Assembly: GCA_964524885.1 (NCBI GenBank) | Contig: CAZGEJ010000008.1 | Location: 53,462-117,461, forward strand | Origin: an uncultured Candidatus Binatia bacterium | GTDB lineage: Bacteria > Desulfobacterota > Binatia > HRBIN30 | DNA length: 64,000 nucleotides | Direction of reading: 5' to 3' | Shown here: positions 38,884 through 51,191 of the stretch, one piece after another | How the letters are laid out: each line of letters opens with the position of its first letter | Numbering within the stretch: position 1 is the stretch's first letter | Notes under the pieces: model-generated | What the model saw: the letters and a program-made list of their open reading frames with translations, nothing else | Databases searched by the model: none | Told to the model about the DNA's origin: nothing | Program-made: the position numbers and the translations under genes

Positions 38884-41547
38884 TCAGCCCGGCGCAGCGG
38901 GGGCCACGGGCATCCGGTCGGCGGGTCGCGACTCGGGTAGACGCACGCGAAAGGTCGAGCCGACACCGGGAGTGCTCTCCAACGAGATCGCACCACCGAG
39001 AATTTCGAGAAAGCGCTTGACGATGTGCAGACCGAGCCCGGCGCCACCGTAGCGTTCGCTGATGTGCGGAGCCGCCTGGGTGAAGGGCTCGAAGATCCGC
39101 TGCTGCAACTCGGGGGCGATGCCGATGCCCGTATCGGCAACCGAGATTTCGACCCCGCCGTCGTATCGCGTCGCGCGCACCGTGATGCCGCCGACTTCGG
39201 TGAACTTGGCTGCATTGGCGATCAAGCTGCGCAGCACGACGTGCAGTTTGTCCTCGTCGGTCCAGACATCGAGGCCGCTTTCCCAGGCGAAGTCCAGCCG
39301 TAGACCACGGTCACCCCAGGCCTCCTCCGACTCCGTCCGCAGACGCGCCAACAACTTGCCGACGTCGAAGCGGGCGCGGCGGATCTCGACGCGTCCCGCT
39401 TCGAGCCGGCTCAGGTCGAGGGTATCGTTCACCAGCATGAGCAGTTGGCGCGCGTAATGCGTCAGACGGTCGACGATCTCGCGTTGCTCGACATTGAGTG
39501 GCCCGAGGTCCTCGTCGCGCAACAAGTCCTGATAGCCGATGATGACGTTCAGCGGCGTGCGCAACTCGTGCGACATGTTGGCGACGAAATTCGACTTGAT
39601 TTGATTGGCCTTCTCCAGCTCGGCCATCAGGCGAGTGTTGTGCAAGGCCAGCGAAGCCAGATGCGCCATGCCGCGGGCCATGCGGTGTTGCTGCAGGCTG
39701 AACGGCTGCGTCGGCGACCGAAATCCAGCCGAGAGCGTACCGATGATCTGTCCACCGCGGCGCAACGCGGTGAACAGACCGGCGTGAATGCCGTAGGCCT
39801 GTTGCAACCCCGGCGGTAGCAGGTTGGAGTTCATCCACGGCGATATCTCGATCGAGTCCGTCGCCTCGGACGCGGTCAGCATGTCGGCGAGCATCGATCG
39901 GTCGATCGGCACCACCCTCAGTCGCTCCCATTGTTCGGGAGTGTCGCCGTCCTGCGCTACCGGCACGAACGCCGTACCCTCCGGATTCGCCAGATACACA
40001 TGGCTGACGTCGACTTGCAGAGCGCGCCGGGTATGGCGACAGAGTTCCTCGAGCATGTGCGGCTGGTCCAGCGACCCGATGAGCGTCTGCCCCAATTCCG
40101 CCAGCGTCGAGAACAGCTGCGATTGTTGGTCGCGTTCGGTGAGCATGCGCCATCGCTGCATCGCGACACTCGCGAGGTGCGTCGCATGGTCGAGGATTTC
40201 GAACCAACCCTCCGATGGACGTCCGGGCGTGTGGGCATAACAGGCGAAGGTCCCGAGCAACTCGCCGCTGGGCGCGAGGATCGGACGCGAACAGCAGGCG
40301 GCAATGTCGAACTTCAGGGCGAGATCGCGGTATTCCGCCCAATCCGGATCCGTCGCTACGTTCTCCGTCACGACCACGCGGCGCCACGTCGCCGCGCTGC
40401 CGCAGGTGCCGTTGCCTGCACGGACTTCGAGGCCATCAATGGCCTGCAGAAAGGCTTCGGGCATGCGCGGCGCCGCACCGTGGAACAGCTTGGTCCCGTC
40501 CTCCGACGCGCGCAGGATCGAGGTCCGCAACTCCGGCTGGAGACGCTCGATGAATTCGCAGATCGAATGGAGTTGCTCGCCTAGCGGCGTGTCGCTGGCG
40601 ATCTGCTCGAGGACCCGCCGCTCGCCCTCCAGAAGGATCAGGTTGCGTTGCTCCGTGCTGGTTTCGCGCACCGTCACCTGCACACAGCGCGATTCGCGAA
40701 ACAGCAGCGGTGCGGCCGTCACCGACGCTGGAAACCAGCCGCCGTCGACGATGAAGTGCAACGAAAATGCGGGGGCATGCGACGAACCGAACGCTCCCGC
40801 GAGGAGGTAGGCGTCGAAAGGCACTCGATTGGCCTCGGCCACGAGCGACGTCGCCGCCCGCCCCAGCAGAGCCGCGGGGTCGTCCTCGCCGAGCAGCCGC
40901 GCAAACCGAGCGTTGACGAAGACGATGGTGCCGCGATCGCAGACGAACATGCCGTCCGGACTCGAATCGAGCAGGTTGCGCAACTGTTGCTCGGACTGCT
41001 CGAGGAGCCGAGCCTGGCGGCTAACGTTCCGCTGGCCTCGCGCCAGCAGTTGCGAACCCATCGCCGCCAACAACGCCGCCAGCGGGGGCAACGACCATTG
41101 ATGCACCAGTAGCGGCCCCGGACGATCGAGACTGAACAACGTCAGGAGGTAGGCCGCGAGTTCGACGGCACTCGTCACGCGTTGCACCCCCACCGGCCAG
41201 GGCACGAGCAATGCCGACCCGAGCCACTTGAGACTCAGGATGAAGCCCGTGCCCGAAATCGTCGCGTTGGGTGCATACGACATGCCGGCGATGACGAGCA
41301 TGCTCCACACCAGGTCGCTGACGACGAGGAGCGCCATCGGGCGCACGACGTTCCGCTGATGCAACGCCAGGGCCAGGGCCGGGATACCAATCGCCGCGAG
41401 GTAGTACGGTATCTCCAGATGGGTGTGGCCGGGTCGAAGCAGGTCGGCCGCCGCGTAGATCACGCTGCCGAGCACCAGCACCGCCAGCGCCCGCGGTAAC
41501 GCCCGACGCAACCCTTCCGTCGGCTCCATCGTCGGATCGAAACCCAT
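38884..41547 (-). CDS. Hybrid PAS/GAF-domain sensor histidine kinase (887 aa)
   Basis: N-terminal TM helices, PAS/GAF regions, H-box [18 protein letters not shown] and HATPase_c (DTGIGIAPE...[11 protein letters not shown]). Confidence 0.8.
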   Translation of the reverse strand: MGFDPTMEPTEGLRRALPRALAVLVLGSVIYAAADLLRPGHTHLEIPYYLAAIGIPALALALHQRNVVRPMALLVVSDLVWSMLVIAGMSYAPNATISGTGFILSLKWLGSALLVPWPVGVQRVTSAVELAAYLLTLFSLDRPGPLLVHQWSLPPLAALLAAMGSQLLARGQRNVSRQARLLEQSEQQLRNLLDSSPDGMFVCDRGTIVFVNARFARLLGEDDPAALLGRAATSLVAEANRVPFDAYLLAGAFGSSHAPAFSLHFIVDGGWFPASVTAAPLLFRESRCVQVTVRETSTEQRNLILLEGERRVLEQIASDTPLGEQLHSICEFIERLQPELRTSILRASEDGTKLFHGAAPRMPEAFLQAIDGLEVRAGNGTCGSAATWRRVVVTENVATDPDWAEYRDLALKFDIAACCSRPILAPSGELLGTFACYAHTPGRPSEGWFEILDHATHLASVAMQRWRMLTERDQQSQLFSTLAELGQTLIGSLDQPHMLEELCRHTRRALQVDVSHVYLANPEGTAFVPVAQDGDTPEQWERLRVVPIDRSMLADMLTASEATDSIEISPWMNSNLLPPGLQQAYGIHAGLFTALRRGGQIIGTLSAGFRSPTQPFSLQQHRMARGMAHLASLALHNTRLMAELEKANQIKSNFVANMSHELRTPLNVIIGYQDLLRDEDLGPLNVEQREIVDRLTHYARQLLMLVNDTLDLSRLEAGRVEIRRARFDVGKLLARLRTESEEAWGDRGLRLDFAWESGLDVWTDEDKLHVVLRSLIANAAKFTEVGGITVRATRYDGGVEISVADTGIGIAPELQQRIFEPFTQAAPHISERYGGAGLGLHIVKRFLEILGGAISLESTPGVGSTFRVRLPESRPADRMPVAPAAPG

Positions 41548-41568
41548 CGCTGCGCCTCGGCCTGCCGC

Positions 41569-42249
41569 CTACCCCAACGCCGGTGACATCACCGCAATCG
41601 TTTCGGGGAGTTGCGCCAATCGCGACAGAATCGGCCCTGCTCCTTCGAGCTCGTCGCGATAGCCGTAGCCATAGTCACAACCGACGAACGCCGTGCCGAC
41701 CCCCTGCGCCGCCTCGACGTCGCTGGCTCGGTCGCCGACCATGACCACTTCGTGCGGCGCCAAGCCGTAGCGCCGCAGATACGCATCCAGCAGCGCCACC
41801 TTGGCGCGCGGGTGGTCGACGTCGTTGGCTTCGAGGGCGACGAAGAACGACGCGAGGTCGTGCCGCCGCAACACCGCCTCGACATACGGACGTCTTCCAT
41901 TGGAGGCGACGCCGAGCTGCAGACCGGCCTGACGCAAGCGCTCTAAGGTTTCGACGACCTCGGGATAGAGTTCGCCCTCGCCACGCTCGACGTGTGCGCA
42001 AATGACGGCCAGGGTGACGTCGAACATTACGGCCAGCGCCTCGGGCCCGACATCGGGGAAAAGCCGCGCCAGAATGACCGGCACCGGCCAGCCGACGTGA
42101 TCGAGGATCTCCCGCGTCGTCGGCACGTAGGGAAAGGAACCCGGGCGTCGCTCGTTGGCGAGGGCGATCGCCTCACGGTAGGCCTCGCCGAGAAACGGCT
42201 CGGCCGAGTACAGCACGCCGTCGAGATCGAAAGCGACGAAGCGGATCAT
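41569..42249 (-). CDS. HAD-superfamily hydrolase (phosphatase-like)
   Basis: Motif I FDLDGVL at the N-terminus (MIRFVAFDLDGVLY) and motif III/IV VGDRASDVEAAQ. The start is taken at MIRF, not the ORF's upstream ATG. Confidence 0.75.
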   Translation of the reverse strand: MIRFVAFDLDGVLYSAEPFLGEAYREAIALANERRPGSFPYVPTTREILDHVGWPVPVILARLFPDVGPEALAVMFDVTLAVICAHVERGEGELYPEVVETLERLRQAGLQLGVASNGRRPYVEAVLRRHDLASFFVALEANDVDHPRAKVALLDAYLRRYGLAPHEVVMVGDRASDVEAAQGVGTAFVGCDYGYGYRDELEGAGPILSRLAQLPETIAVMSPALG

Positions 42250-42262
42250 CCTGTCGCCTGCC

Positions 42263-42938
42263 TCAACACCACGACTGCTGCCCGACGGGTCGCTCGAGCA
42301 GTTCACGCACGTTGGCCTCGATGATGCGGTAGCCGACATTGCCCGTGAGCCGCTGGCGTCCCTCGTTGAAGATCAGCGTCGGGCTGGCGCGCACGTCGTG
42401 TTCGCGCACCAACTCGAGATCGCTCGCCAACTGCGCGTGCGCTTCGCCCGATTCCAGGCGGCTTTCGATCGCATCCACCGGCAGCCCTACCTCGGCGACG
42501 AGTTCGCGCAGCGCCGCGTGCCGGCCGACGTCGACGAGATCACGGAAAAAAGCTTCGCGGATACGCCAGGCGAGCCGCTCACTGCTGCCGGCCCAGCGCT
42601 CCGGGTCGGTCCGTTCGAAGGCGCGCGCGGCGCACAGAACCAGGTGCGCTGGCATCGACGAACGGGGGCGGTGCTCCTGCCACACGTCGGGGTGCACCGG
42701 CACGTGGCCGAACTGCTCGACGATGCCGCGCACGTGCGCCGCGTAGCCGGCGAAGCCGCCACGCTCGGCCCACGCCTTGGACAACTTGGCCTCGGCGGCG
42801 CCAAAGACCTGCACGAAGCGGTAGTCGAGATCCACCGCCTCGGCGAAGGTGCGCTTCAGCTCGTCGAGGCGCACCTGCGAGACATAGGCCCAGACGCACA
42901 GCACATCGGAAAAGTGGAGAATGCCGATTGCCCCCATG
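42263..42938 (-). CDS. DsbA-family thiol:disulfide oxidoreductase (FrnE / 2-hydroxychromene-2-carboxylate isomerase-like)
   Basis: Only the C-terminal 225 codons of track ORF 42263..43618 are genuine (MGAIGILHFSDVLCVWAYV...SPTLIFNEG). The upstream part of that ORF is antisense to ccmA. Confidence 0.65.
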
Positions 42939-43030
42939 CCGCCACCGCTAGCGAGGCTCAGGCGCCAGCGCAAGCGTAAAGACGAGCGTCGCGCGTTGCG
43001 CTGCCGGCTTCGGTTCGCTCTATTGCGCCC

Positions 43031-43780
43031 GTGTCGCTCTCGGAACACCCCTCGCCCCCGGTGGTCGCGGCGCGCGGCTTGATCCGCCGCTTCGGCACGG
43101 TGCAGGCGCTCGACGGTCTCAACCTCGACATCGCCGCCGGCGAGGTCGTGGCGCTGTTCGGCCCCAACGGCGCCGGCAAGAGCACGCTGCTGCGCCTGCT
43201 GGCGACGCTGGTGCGACCCACCGCCGGCGAACTCTCCCTGTTCGGCAGCACCAAGGGCCACGCCGCCCTGCGCCGGCGTATCGGTTTCGTCGGCCACAAG
43301 AGCTTCCTCTACCCCGACCTGAGCCCGATCGAGAACCTCGAATTTTACGCCCGCCTCTTCGGCGTCGCCGACCCGGCGGCGCGGGCCCGCGCCGGCCTCG
43401 AAGCGGTCGGCGTCCGCGGCTGGGCCCATCGCCCGGTCCGCACCCTGTCGCAGGGCATGGAACAACGCTGCGCCATCGCCCGCGCCTTCGTACACGACCC
43501 GGACCTCTTGCTGCTCGACGAGCCGTTCAGCGGCCTCGACGCCGACGGCGTCGCCATGCTGCAGGGCCTGTTGGTCGAGGCGCGCCGCGCCGGCAGGACG
43601 GTGGTGCTGTCGACCCACGACCGCGCCAGTGGCCTAGCCTCGAGCACCCGCGCCGTGCTGCTCTCACGCGGCAAGGTGGCCTGGGACGGCCCCCCCGTGG
43701 ATGACGCGACGAGCGCCTTCGCGCAGGCCCACGCCCAGGTCTTCGTGCGCGCCGCCGCCGAGGCCCGGAGATCGGCATGA
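43031..43780 (+). CDS. ccmA: Cytochrome c biogenesis haem exporter ATP-binding protein CcmA
   Basis: Walker A GPNGAGKST, ABC signature LSQGMEQR, Walker B LLLLDEP; followed by ccmB, ccmC and ccmD with overlapping ATGA junctions. Confidence 0.85.
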   Translation: MSLSEHPSPPVVAARGLIRRFGTVQALDGLNLDIAAGEVVALFGPNGAGKSTLLRLLATLVRPTAGELSLFGSTKGHAALRRRIGFVGHKSFLYPDLSPIENLEFYARLFGVADPAARARAGLEAVGVRGWAHRPVRTLSQGMEQRCAIARAFVHDPDLLLLDEPFSGLDADGVAMLQGLLVEARRAGRTVVLSTHDRASGLASSTRAVLLSRGKVAWDGPPVDDATSAFAQAHAQVFVRAAAEARRSA

Positions 43781-44445
43781 AGGCGATCCTCACCCTGGCG
43801 CGCAAGGATCTGGCCATCGAGCTGCGCACCAAGGAAACCCTCGCCGGCCTGTTGTTGATGGGCGTGCTGACGTTGCTCGTCCTCAGCTTCGCCTTCGATC
43901 CGACGAGCGAGTTGCGCCCGGCCGCGGCCCCTGGGGCACTGTGGGTGGCCGTCACCTTCGCCGGCGTGCTCGGGCTCGGTCGCTCGTTCCTCACCGAGCG
44001 CGAGAACGACTGTCTGATGGGTCTGCTGCTGAGCCCGATCGACCGCGGCAACATCTATCTCGCCAAGGTGCTGTCCAACTTCGCCATGATGTCCCTCGCG
44101 CAAGTCGGTATCGTCCCGGTGTTCGTGCTGTTCTTCGACGTCGACCCGTCGGCCGGCTGGCTCGGCGTGTTGTTGGCCGTCGGCCTGGGCCTGCTCGGCA
44201 TGGCGGCGCTGGGCTCGCTGTTCGCCGCCATCACGGTGCGGACGCGGGCGCGCGAGATTCTCCTGCCCCTCGTCATGCTGCCGCTGCTGGTGCCGTTGTT
44301 CATCGGCGGCGTCAGCGTCACCACCCGCTCGCTGGCCGGGCGGGCGTTGGCCGACGTGGCGCCTTGGCTGAACAGCATGCTGGCGTTCGACATCGGCTTT
44401 CTGGTCGTCGGCTGGATCCTGTTCGAGTTCGCCGTCGAAGACTGA
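43777..44445 (+). CDS. ccmB: Haem exporter protein CcmB
   Basis: A 222-aa, six-TM protein in the canonical position between ccmA and ccmC. Confidence 0.85.
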   Translation: MKAILTLARKDLAIELRTKETLAGLLLMGVLTLLVLSFAFDPTSELRPAAAPGALWVAVTFAGVLGLGRSFLTERENDCLMGLLLSPIDRGNIYLAKVLSNFAMMSLAQVGIVPVFVLFFDVDPSAGWLGVLLAVGLGLLGMAALGSLFAAITVRTRAREILLPLVMLPLLVPLFIGGVSVTTRSLAGRALADVAPWLNSMLAFDIGFLVVGWILFEFAVED

Positions 44446-44498
44446 GGCGCGCCGGCCCGACTGGTGCGGGCGGGTCTTTGTTGCTAGCTGAAGGAGCT

Positions 44499-45182
44499 AT
44501 GAAGCGTTGGTTCGATGCGCTACATCCGTGGCTCACCCTCATCGGCATGAGCGCCGCGATCTACGCGGTGTTCGTCTACGTGCCGACCGACGAAGCCCAA
44601 GGGGTGATCCAGCGCATCTTCTACTTCCACGTGCCGCTGGCGATCATGACGTATTGCTCGATCGCCGCGGTCGCCTTGGGCAGCATCCTCTACCTCTGGC
44701 GCGAGGAACGCCGCTGGGACCGGCTGGCGCATGCCGGCGCCGAGCTGGGGGTGCTGTTCTGTTCGTTGGTGTTGATCACCGGGCCGATCTGGGCCAAACC
44801 GATCTGGGGCACGTGGTGGAGTTGGGACGCGCGCCTGACGGCGACCCTCATCCTCTGGCTGATCTACGCCGCCTATCTGATGCTGCGCAGCGTCGCCCCC
44901 GGGCCGCAGGGCGCGCGGTATGCGGCGATCCTGGGCATCGTCGGCGCCTTCGACGTGCCGGTCATCAACCGCGCCGTCTATTGGTGGCGCACCATTCATC
45001 CCGCCGTCATCCAAAACCGCGAAGGCGGCACCGGCCTCGCCGACCCGGCGATGCAGCTGACCTTCGGCCTCTGCATGGGCGCTTTCTTCCTGCTCTTCCT
45101 GTGGCTGCTGTGGCTGCGCACCGAGAGCCTGCGCCTACAAGACGACATCGAAGACCTGCGCCAGGAGGTGTTGCACGCATGA
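44499..45182 (+). CDS. ccmC: Haem exporter protein CcmC
   Basis: AAGGAG RBS; WWD domain WGTWWSWDARLT; the real start is internal to track ORF 43701..45182. Confidence 0.85.
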   Translation: MKRWFDALHPWLTLIGMSAAIYAVFVYVPTDEAQGVIQRIFYFHVPLAIMTYCSIAAVALGSILYLWREERRWDRLAHAGAELGVLFCSLVLITGPIWAKPIWGTWWSWDARLTATLILWLIYAAYLMLRSVAPGPQGARYAAILGIVGAFDVPVINRAVYWWRTIHPAVIQNREGGTGLADPAMQLTFGLCMGAFFLLFLWLLWLRTESLRLQDDIEDLRQEVLHA

Positions 45183-45340
45183 AGAACCTCAACTTCCTCT
45201 TCGCCGCCTACACCGCCGTGTGGGTCATGCTGTTCGTCTACATCGCCTCGCTGGCGCGCCGGAATCGTTCGCTGCAGGACGAGATCGACGAGTTGCGCCG
45301 CCTGGTCGAGGATCGGTCGAGCGAATCCGCGCCGCGCTGA
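45179..45340 (+). CDS. ccmD: Haem exporter protein CcmD (53 aa)
   Basis: MKNLNFLFAAYTAVWVMLFVYIASLARR..., a small single-TM protein overlapping the ccmC stop codon. Confidence 0.75.
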   Translation: MKNLNFLFAAYTAVWVMLFVYIASLARRNRSLQDEIDELRRLVEDRSSESAPR

Positions 45341-45354
45341 AACGAGCCGTCGCC

Positions 45355-45546
45355 ATGCCGCGCAGCGTGCCCTGCCCCACCTGTCGCCAGGCCGCGGACT
45401 GGGACGACAATCCGTATCGTCCGTTCTGCTCGCAGCGGTGCCGATTGCTCGATCTCGGCAACTGGACCGAAGAGCGCTATCGCATCGCCGGAGCACCGGT
45501 CGAACCGACCGAGTCACCCGACGACCCGGACGATACCCTGCACTGA
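45355..45546 (+). CDS. yacG: DNA gyrase inhibitor YacG (zinc-finger)
   Basis: VPCPTCRQAADWDDNPYRPFCSQRCRLLDLGNWTEERYRI matches the YacG C4 zinc-ribbon consensus. Confidence 0.8.
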   Translation: MPRSVPCPTCRQAADWDDNPYRPFCSQRCRLLDLGNWTEERYRIAGAPVEPTESPDDPDDTLH

Positions 45547-46343
45547 TGGCCATTCACCCGACCGCCGTCGTCGACCCGCGTGCCTCGATCGATCCGACCG
45601 TCGACATCGGCCCGTACGTCGTCGTCGACGGACCGGTCGAGATAGGACCGCGCACCAAGGTCGCGGCGCACGCCGTGCTGTGCGGCCCGACCCGCATCGG
45701 TGCCGACAACCAGATCCACATGGGCGCGGTGTTGGGCAATACGCCGCAAGACCGCGGCTTCGACGGCAGCGACAGTTATCTCGTGGTGGGCGATCGCAAT
45801 CTGGTGCGCGAGTACGTCACCATCCACCGCGGCACGCAGCCGGGCAGCACGACGCGCATCGGCGACGACAACCTGTTCATGGCGACGTCGCACATCGCCC
45901 ACAACTGCACCGTCGGCAACGGCGTGACTCTGGCCAACGGCGCTGTCGTCGGCGGTCACGCGACGTTGGAGGATCGTGTCTTCTTGTCGGGCAACTGTGC
46001 CGTGCACCAGCACGTGCGCGTCGGGACCTTCGCTTTCCTGCGTGGTCTGAGCGCGGCCGACAAGGACGTGCCGCCGTTCTGCATCATCGACGAGATCAAC
46101 GTCGTGCGCGCGCTCAACCGCGTCGGGTTGCTGCGCGCGGGCTTCGATCGCCGGCGTGTCAACGCGCTGCGCCGTGCCTTCCGCATCCTGTTCCAGCGCC
46201 GCCGCAACCTGAAGCTCGCCCTGGCCGAAGTCGAGGCGGAGCCGGTGACCGACGACGTGCAACGGCTGATCGACTTCATCCGCGCCAGCCGCCGCGGCGT
46301 CTGCGTCGGCCCGGCCCACCCGGCGCCGGGCGCGGCGGAGTGA
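45546..46343 (+). CDS. lpxA: UDP-N-acetylglucosamine O-acyltransferase LpxA
   Basis: MAIHPTAVVDPRASIDPTVDIGPYVVVDGPVEIG... with left-handed beta-helix hexapeptide repeats and the typical LpxA C-terminal helical domain. The ATG overlaps the yacG stop codon. Confidence 0.9.
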   Translation: MAIHPTAVVDPRASIDPTVDIGPYVVVDGPVEIGPRTKVAAHAVLCGPTRIGADNQIHMGAVLGNTPQDRGFDGSDSYLVVGDRNLVREYVTIHRGTQPGSTTRIGDDNLFMATSHIAHNCTVGNGVTLANGAVVGGHATLEDRVFLSGNCAVHQHVRVGTFAFLRGLSAADKDVPPFCIIDEINVVRALNRVGLLRAGFDRRRVNALRRAFRILFQRRRNLKLALAEVEAEPVTDDVQRLIDFIRASRRGVCVGPAHPAPGAAE

Positions 46344-46358
46344 AAGCGGCGGCGCGCT

Positions 46359-46468
46359 TCAATCCACCGGTTCGAGGCGGGCGAACTTGAGAATGAGTTT
46401 GCGGATGCCGACCGAGCGGAACTGCACGGTCGCCTTACGCTGATCGCCGCTACCCTCGAAGCCGCGCA
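46359..46468 (-). pseudogene. Duplicated 3'-terminal fragment of uvrD (last ~35 codons), non-functional
   Basis: Encodes ...GFEGSGDQRKATVQFRSVGIRKLILKFARLEPVD, identical to the C-terminus of the intact uvrD at 47695. Homology ends at 46468. Confidence 0.7.
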
Positions 46469-46572
46469 GGCACGCCAACACGTCGATCTCGAACACCCGC
46501 CGCAACAACATGCCCACGCCACATGGCGCGGGCATGTTGACGTTGTCCAGCAACACCCATATCTGCGGGCAT

Positions 46573-46839
46573 ATGAAGACGACGATTGAGCTGCCGGACG
46601 CACTCTTCCATCGAGCGAAGGTGTTGGCGGCGCAGCGGAAGACGACGTTGAAGCAATTGGTGGTCGAAGGGTTGGAGCGGGTAACGGCCGGCCCCGCGCC
46701 AACCGCCAGCGCCAAACTGACACGCGAGCAGAAGCGCTATTTCGCCATCGACGCAGATGGCGTTCCCGTCCTCAAAAAGCGCACTGACGGGATCAGCAAC
46801 GACATGGTGAACCGCATGCGCGACGAACTCGGAATCTGA
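46573..46839 (+). CDS. vapB: Type II toxin-antitoxin VapB-family antitoxin
   Basis: MKTTIELPDALFHRAKVLAAQRKTTLKQLVVEGLERV...; the stop overlaps the vapC start (TGATG). Confidence 0.75.
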   Translation: MKTTIELPDALFHRAKVLAAQRKTTLKQLVVEGLERVTAGPAPTASAKLTREQKRYFAIDADGVPVLKKRTDGISNDMVNRMRDELGI

Positions 46840-47237
46840 TGCACCTGCTCGATGTCAACGTGCTGATCGCGCGGGCCGACGCGAGCCATCCGCATCACGA
46901 CGCAGCAGCACAATGGATGAGGCGGCATGCTTCATCCGGCTGGGCCACGTGTCCACTGACGGAAAACGGCATGCTGCGCATTCTTGGCCAAGCGGCCTAC
47001 CCCGGTGGCACAGGGAGTCCGGACGGTGCTTTGGTCAGCTTGAGGAGCATCCTCGCGATTCCCGGCCATCGCTTCTTGGCCGACGATTTCTCTTTGCCCG
47101 ATGGCATTCCTTCTCTCCGCGGGGCTACCTCCAGCCAATTGACGGATCTTTACCTCTTGGCGTTGGCCGTGAGGCATGGAGCGCGATTCTTGACGCTCGA
47201 CCTCGGATCAATCCCGCGATGGTCCCTGGTGGAGTGA
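46839..47237 (+). CDS. vapC: Type II toxin VapC (PIN-domain ribonuclease)
   Basis: MHLLDVNVLIARADASHPHH... with the PIN acidic residues; LTDLYLLALAVRHGARFLTLD. Confidence 0.8.
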   Translation: MHLLDVNVLIARADASHPHHDAAAQWMRRHASSGWATCPLTENGMLRILGQAAYPGGTGSPDGALVSLRSILAIPGHRFLADDFSLPDGIPSLRGATSSQLTDLYLLALAVRHGARFLTLDLGSIPRWSLVE

Positions 47238-47292
47238 CGGCATACGTACAGATCAACGCGTAACCCGCGCACCAACGAGGGACGGATCACAT

Positions 47293-47679
47293 CGCCGCAA
47301 GACCGCGGCTTCGACGGCCTTGTCGGGCAACTGTGCCGTGCACCAGCACGTGCGCATCGGGACCTTCGCTTTCCTGCGTGGTCTGAGCGCGGCCGACAAG
47401 GACGTGCCGCCGTTCTGCATCATCGACGAGATCAACGTCGTGCGCGCGCTCAACCGCGTCGGGTTGCTGCGCGCGGGCTTCGATCGCCGGCGTGTCAACG
47501 CGCTGCGCCGTGCCTTCCGCATCCTGTTCCAGCGCCGCCGCAACCTGAAGCTCGCCCTGGCCGAAGTCGAGGCGGAGCCGGTGACCGACGACGTGCAACG
47601 GCTGATCGACTTCATCCGCGCCAGCCGCCGCGGCGTCTGCGTCGGCCCGGCCCACCCGGCGCCGGGCGCGGCGGAGTGA
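47293..47679 (+). pseudogene. Duplicated, internally deleted 3' fragment of lpxA
   Basis: 47293-47318 matches lpxA 45733-45758, then jumps to 45983 onward (a 224-bp deletion). It encodes ...SGNCAVHQHVRIGTFAFLRG...GAAE with a V-to-I substitution relative to the intact copy. Confidence 0.75.
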
Positions 47680-47694
47680 AAGCGGCGGCGCGCT

Positions 47695-49938
<2,244 letters not shown>

Positions 49939-50130
49939 CCCACCACACTCCTTTCACCGTCGACACGGGCACGGTTGGGTAGCAGGTTCGGCGCGAGCGC
50001 GACAGCCCCGCAGGTGACGCGCCGTCAGGGCGGCAACAAATGCCTTGATTTCGGAACGGGACCAAAGGCAAAGGAACAGGACGCTCCCCGACGGAGACGG
50101 ATGGGGGGAGGAGGGGACGGCGGGCGAAGC

Positions 50131-50991
50131 ATGGCTGCAGCGACGGGTTTGACCATACGATTCTGGGGGGTACGCGGGAGTTTCCCGGTGCCCGGTCCGA
50201 GTTGCGCCGAAGTCGGCGGCAACTCCTCGTGCGTCGAGGTGGAGGCCGGCGGCCAACGCATCATCTTCGACGCCGGCACCGGGCTGATCGGCCTCGGGGC
50301 GCGCCTGATTCGCCGCGGCAAGCCGCATCCGCTGCACCTGTTCCTCAGCCACCTCCACTACGACCACATCGAGGGCATCCGCTTCTTCAAGCCGCTGTAC
50401 CGCCCGGCGTGGGCGTGCACGATCTACGGACCGGACAGCCGGCGGCCGGACCTGGCGGAGTTGCTGACGCAGAACATGTCGGGGCGCTTCTTCCCGGTCG
50501 ATTTCCGCAAGCTGCCGGCGCAAGTGACGGTGCGCCCGTTGGGCAAGAGCGACACGGTGGTGCTGCCCGGCAGCCCTGAGGTGCGCATCGAGACGGAGTA
50601 CAGCGCGGCGCATCCGACCTTCGGCGTGCAGTTCTACCGATTGACCTGCGGCCGGCGTTCGATCGTTTATGCCACCGACGTCGAGGCGCCCAAGGGTGGT
50701 TTCGACGAAGTGGTGCGCTTCGCCAAAGGGGCCGACGTGTTGATCCACGACGCCCAGTACACGGACCAAGAGTATTTCCGCGAGGTGGACAACCGACAGG
50801 GGTGGGGTCACAGCACCGTGCGCATGGCGGCGGAAGCGGCCCGCGCCGCCGAGGTGGGGCAACTGGTGTTGTACCACCACGACCCGACGCGCACGGACAC
50901 GCAGATGCCGCCGCTCCTCAAGCTGGCGACGAAGATCTTCCCCAACACGATCCTGGCCCGCGAAGGCCTGAGCGTCCGCCTACGAGCGTGA
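50131..50991 (+). CDS. MBL-fold metallo-hydrolase
   Basis: HLHYDH motif (LSHLHYDHIEG) with an upstream GGAGGAGGGG. It is the genuine C-terminal part of track ORF 48925..50991; an alternative start is 50101. Confidence 0.7.
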   Translation: MAAATGLTIRFWGVRGSFPVPGPSCAEVGGNSSCVEVEAGGQRIIFDAGTGLIGLGARLIRRGKPHPLHLFLSHLHYDHIEGIRFFKPLYRPAWACTIYGPDSRRPDLAELLTQNMSGRFFPVDFRKLPAQVTVRPLGKSDTVVLPGSPEVRIETEYSAAHPTFGVQFYRLTCGRRSIVYATDVEAPKGGFDEVVRFAKGADVLIHDAQYTDQEYFREVDNRQGWGHSTVRMAAEAARAAEVGQLVLYHHDPTRTDTQMPPLLKLATKIFPNTILAREGLSVRLRA

Positions 50992-51027
50992 GCGCGCCTG
51001 CCATGGCGGCGTGAGCGTCGTTGGTGA

Positions 51028-51189
51028 GGTCGGCGACGCGAAACGAGGCTAGTGCGGCTAGGCGACGCTCGTCAGCCTCTGCTGGTGATCTTGGTCGGCG
51101 GTAGCACCAAACAACGTCAGTCCGACGCGATCGCCGCGGCGCTGGAGTGTTGGCAGGACTATCGGAGAAGAAAGAAGCGGGAGATGTAG
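51028..51189 (+). pseudogene. 3' remnant (~53 codons) of an HI1419-type addiction-module killer (RelE/HigB-like) gene; the 5' part is absent
   Basis: The frame ending in TAG at 51187 translates as ...ARQPLLVILVGGSTKQRQSDAIAAALECWQDY, matching the conserved C-terminus of TIGR02683-type killers (..LIILLCGGDKSTQ..DI..A..L...). It has no start codon and abuts the MBL hydrolase stop codon. Confidence 0.5.
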
Positions 51190-51191
51190 AG

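Noticed and set aside
42263-43618. Full-length 451-aa minus-strand ORF
   Set aside because: The N-terminal half is antisense to ccmA (43031..43780). Only the C-terminal 225 codons (from MGAIGILHFSDVLC) look like a real DsbA-like protein.
43701-45182. 493-aa ORF spanning ccmB and ccmC
   Set aside because: The upstream part is an Arg-rich alternate frame of ccmA/ccmB. The real ccmC starts at 44499 with an AAGGAG RBS.
46343-46375. Rho-independent terminator between lpxA and the uvrD fragment (aagcggcggcgcgctt)
   Set aside because: Only a ~5-bp stem is possible, and there is no U-tract. This is insufficient for a confident terminator call.
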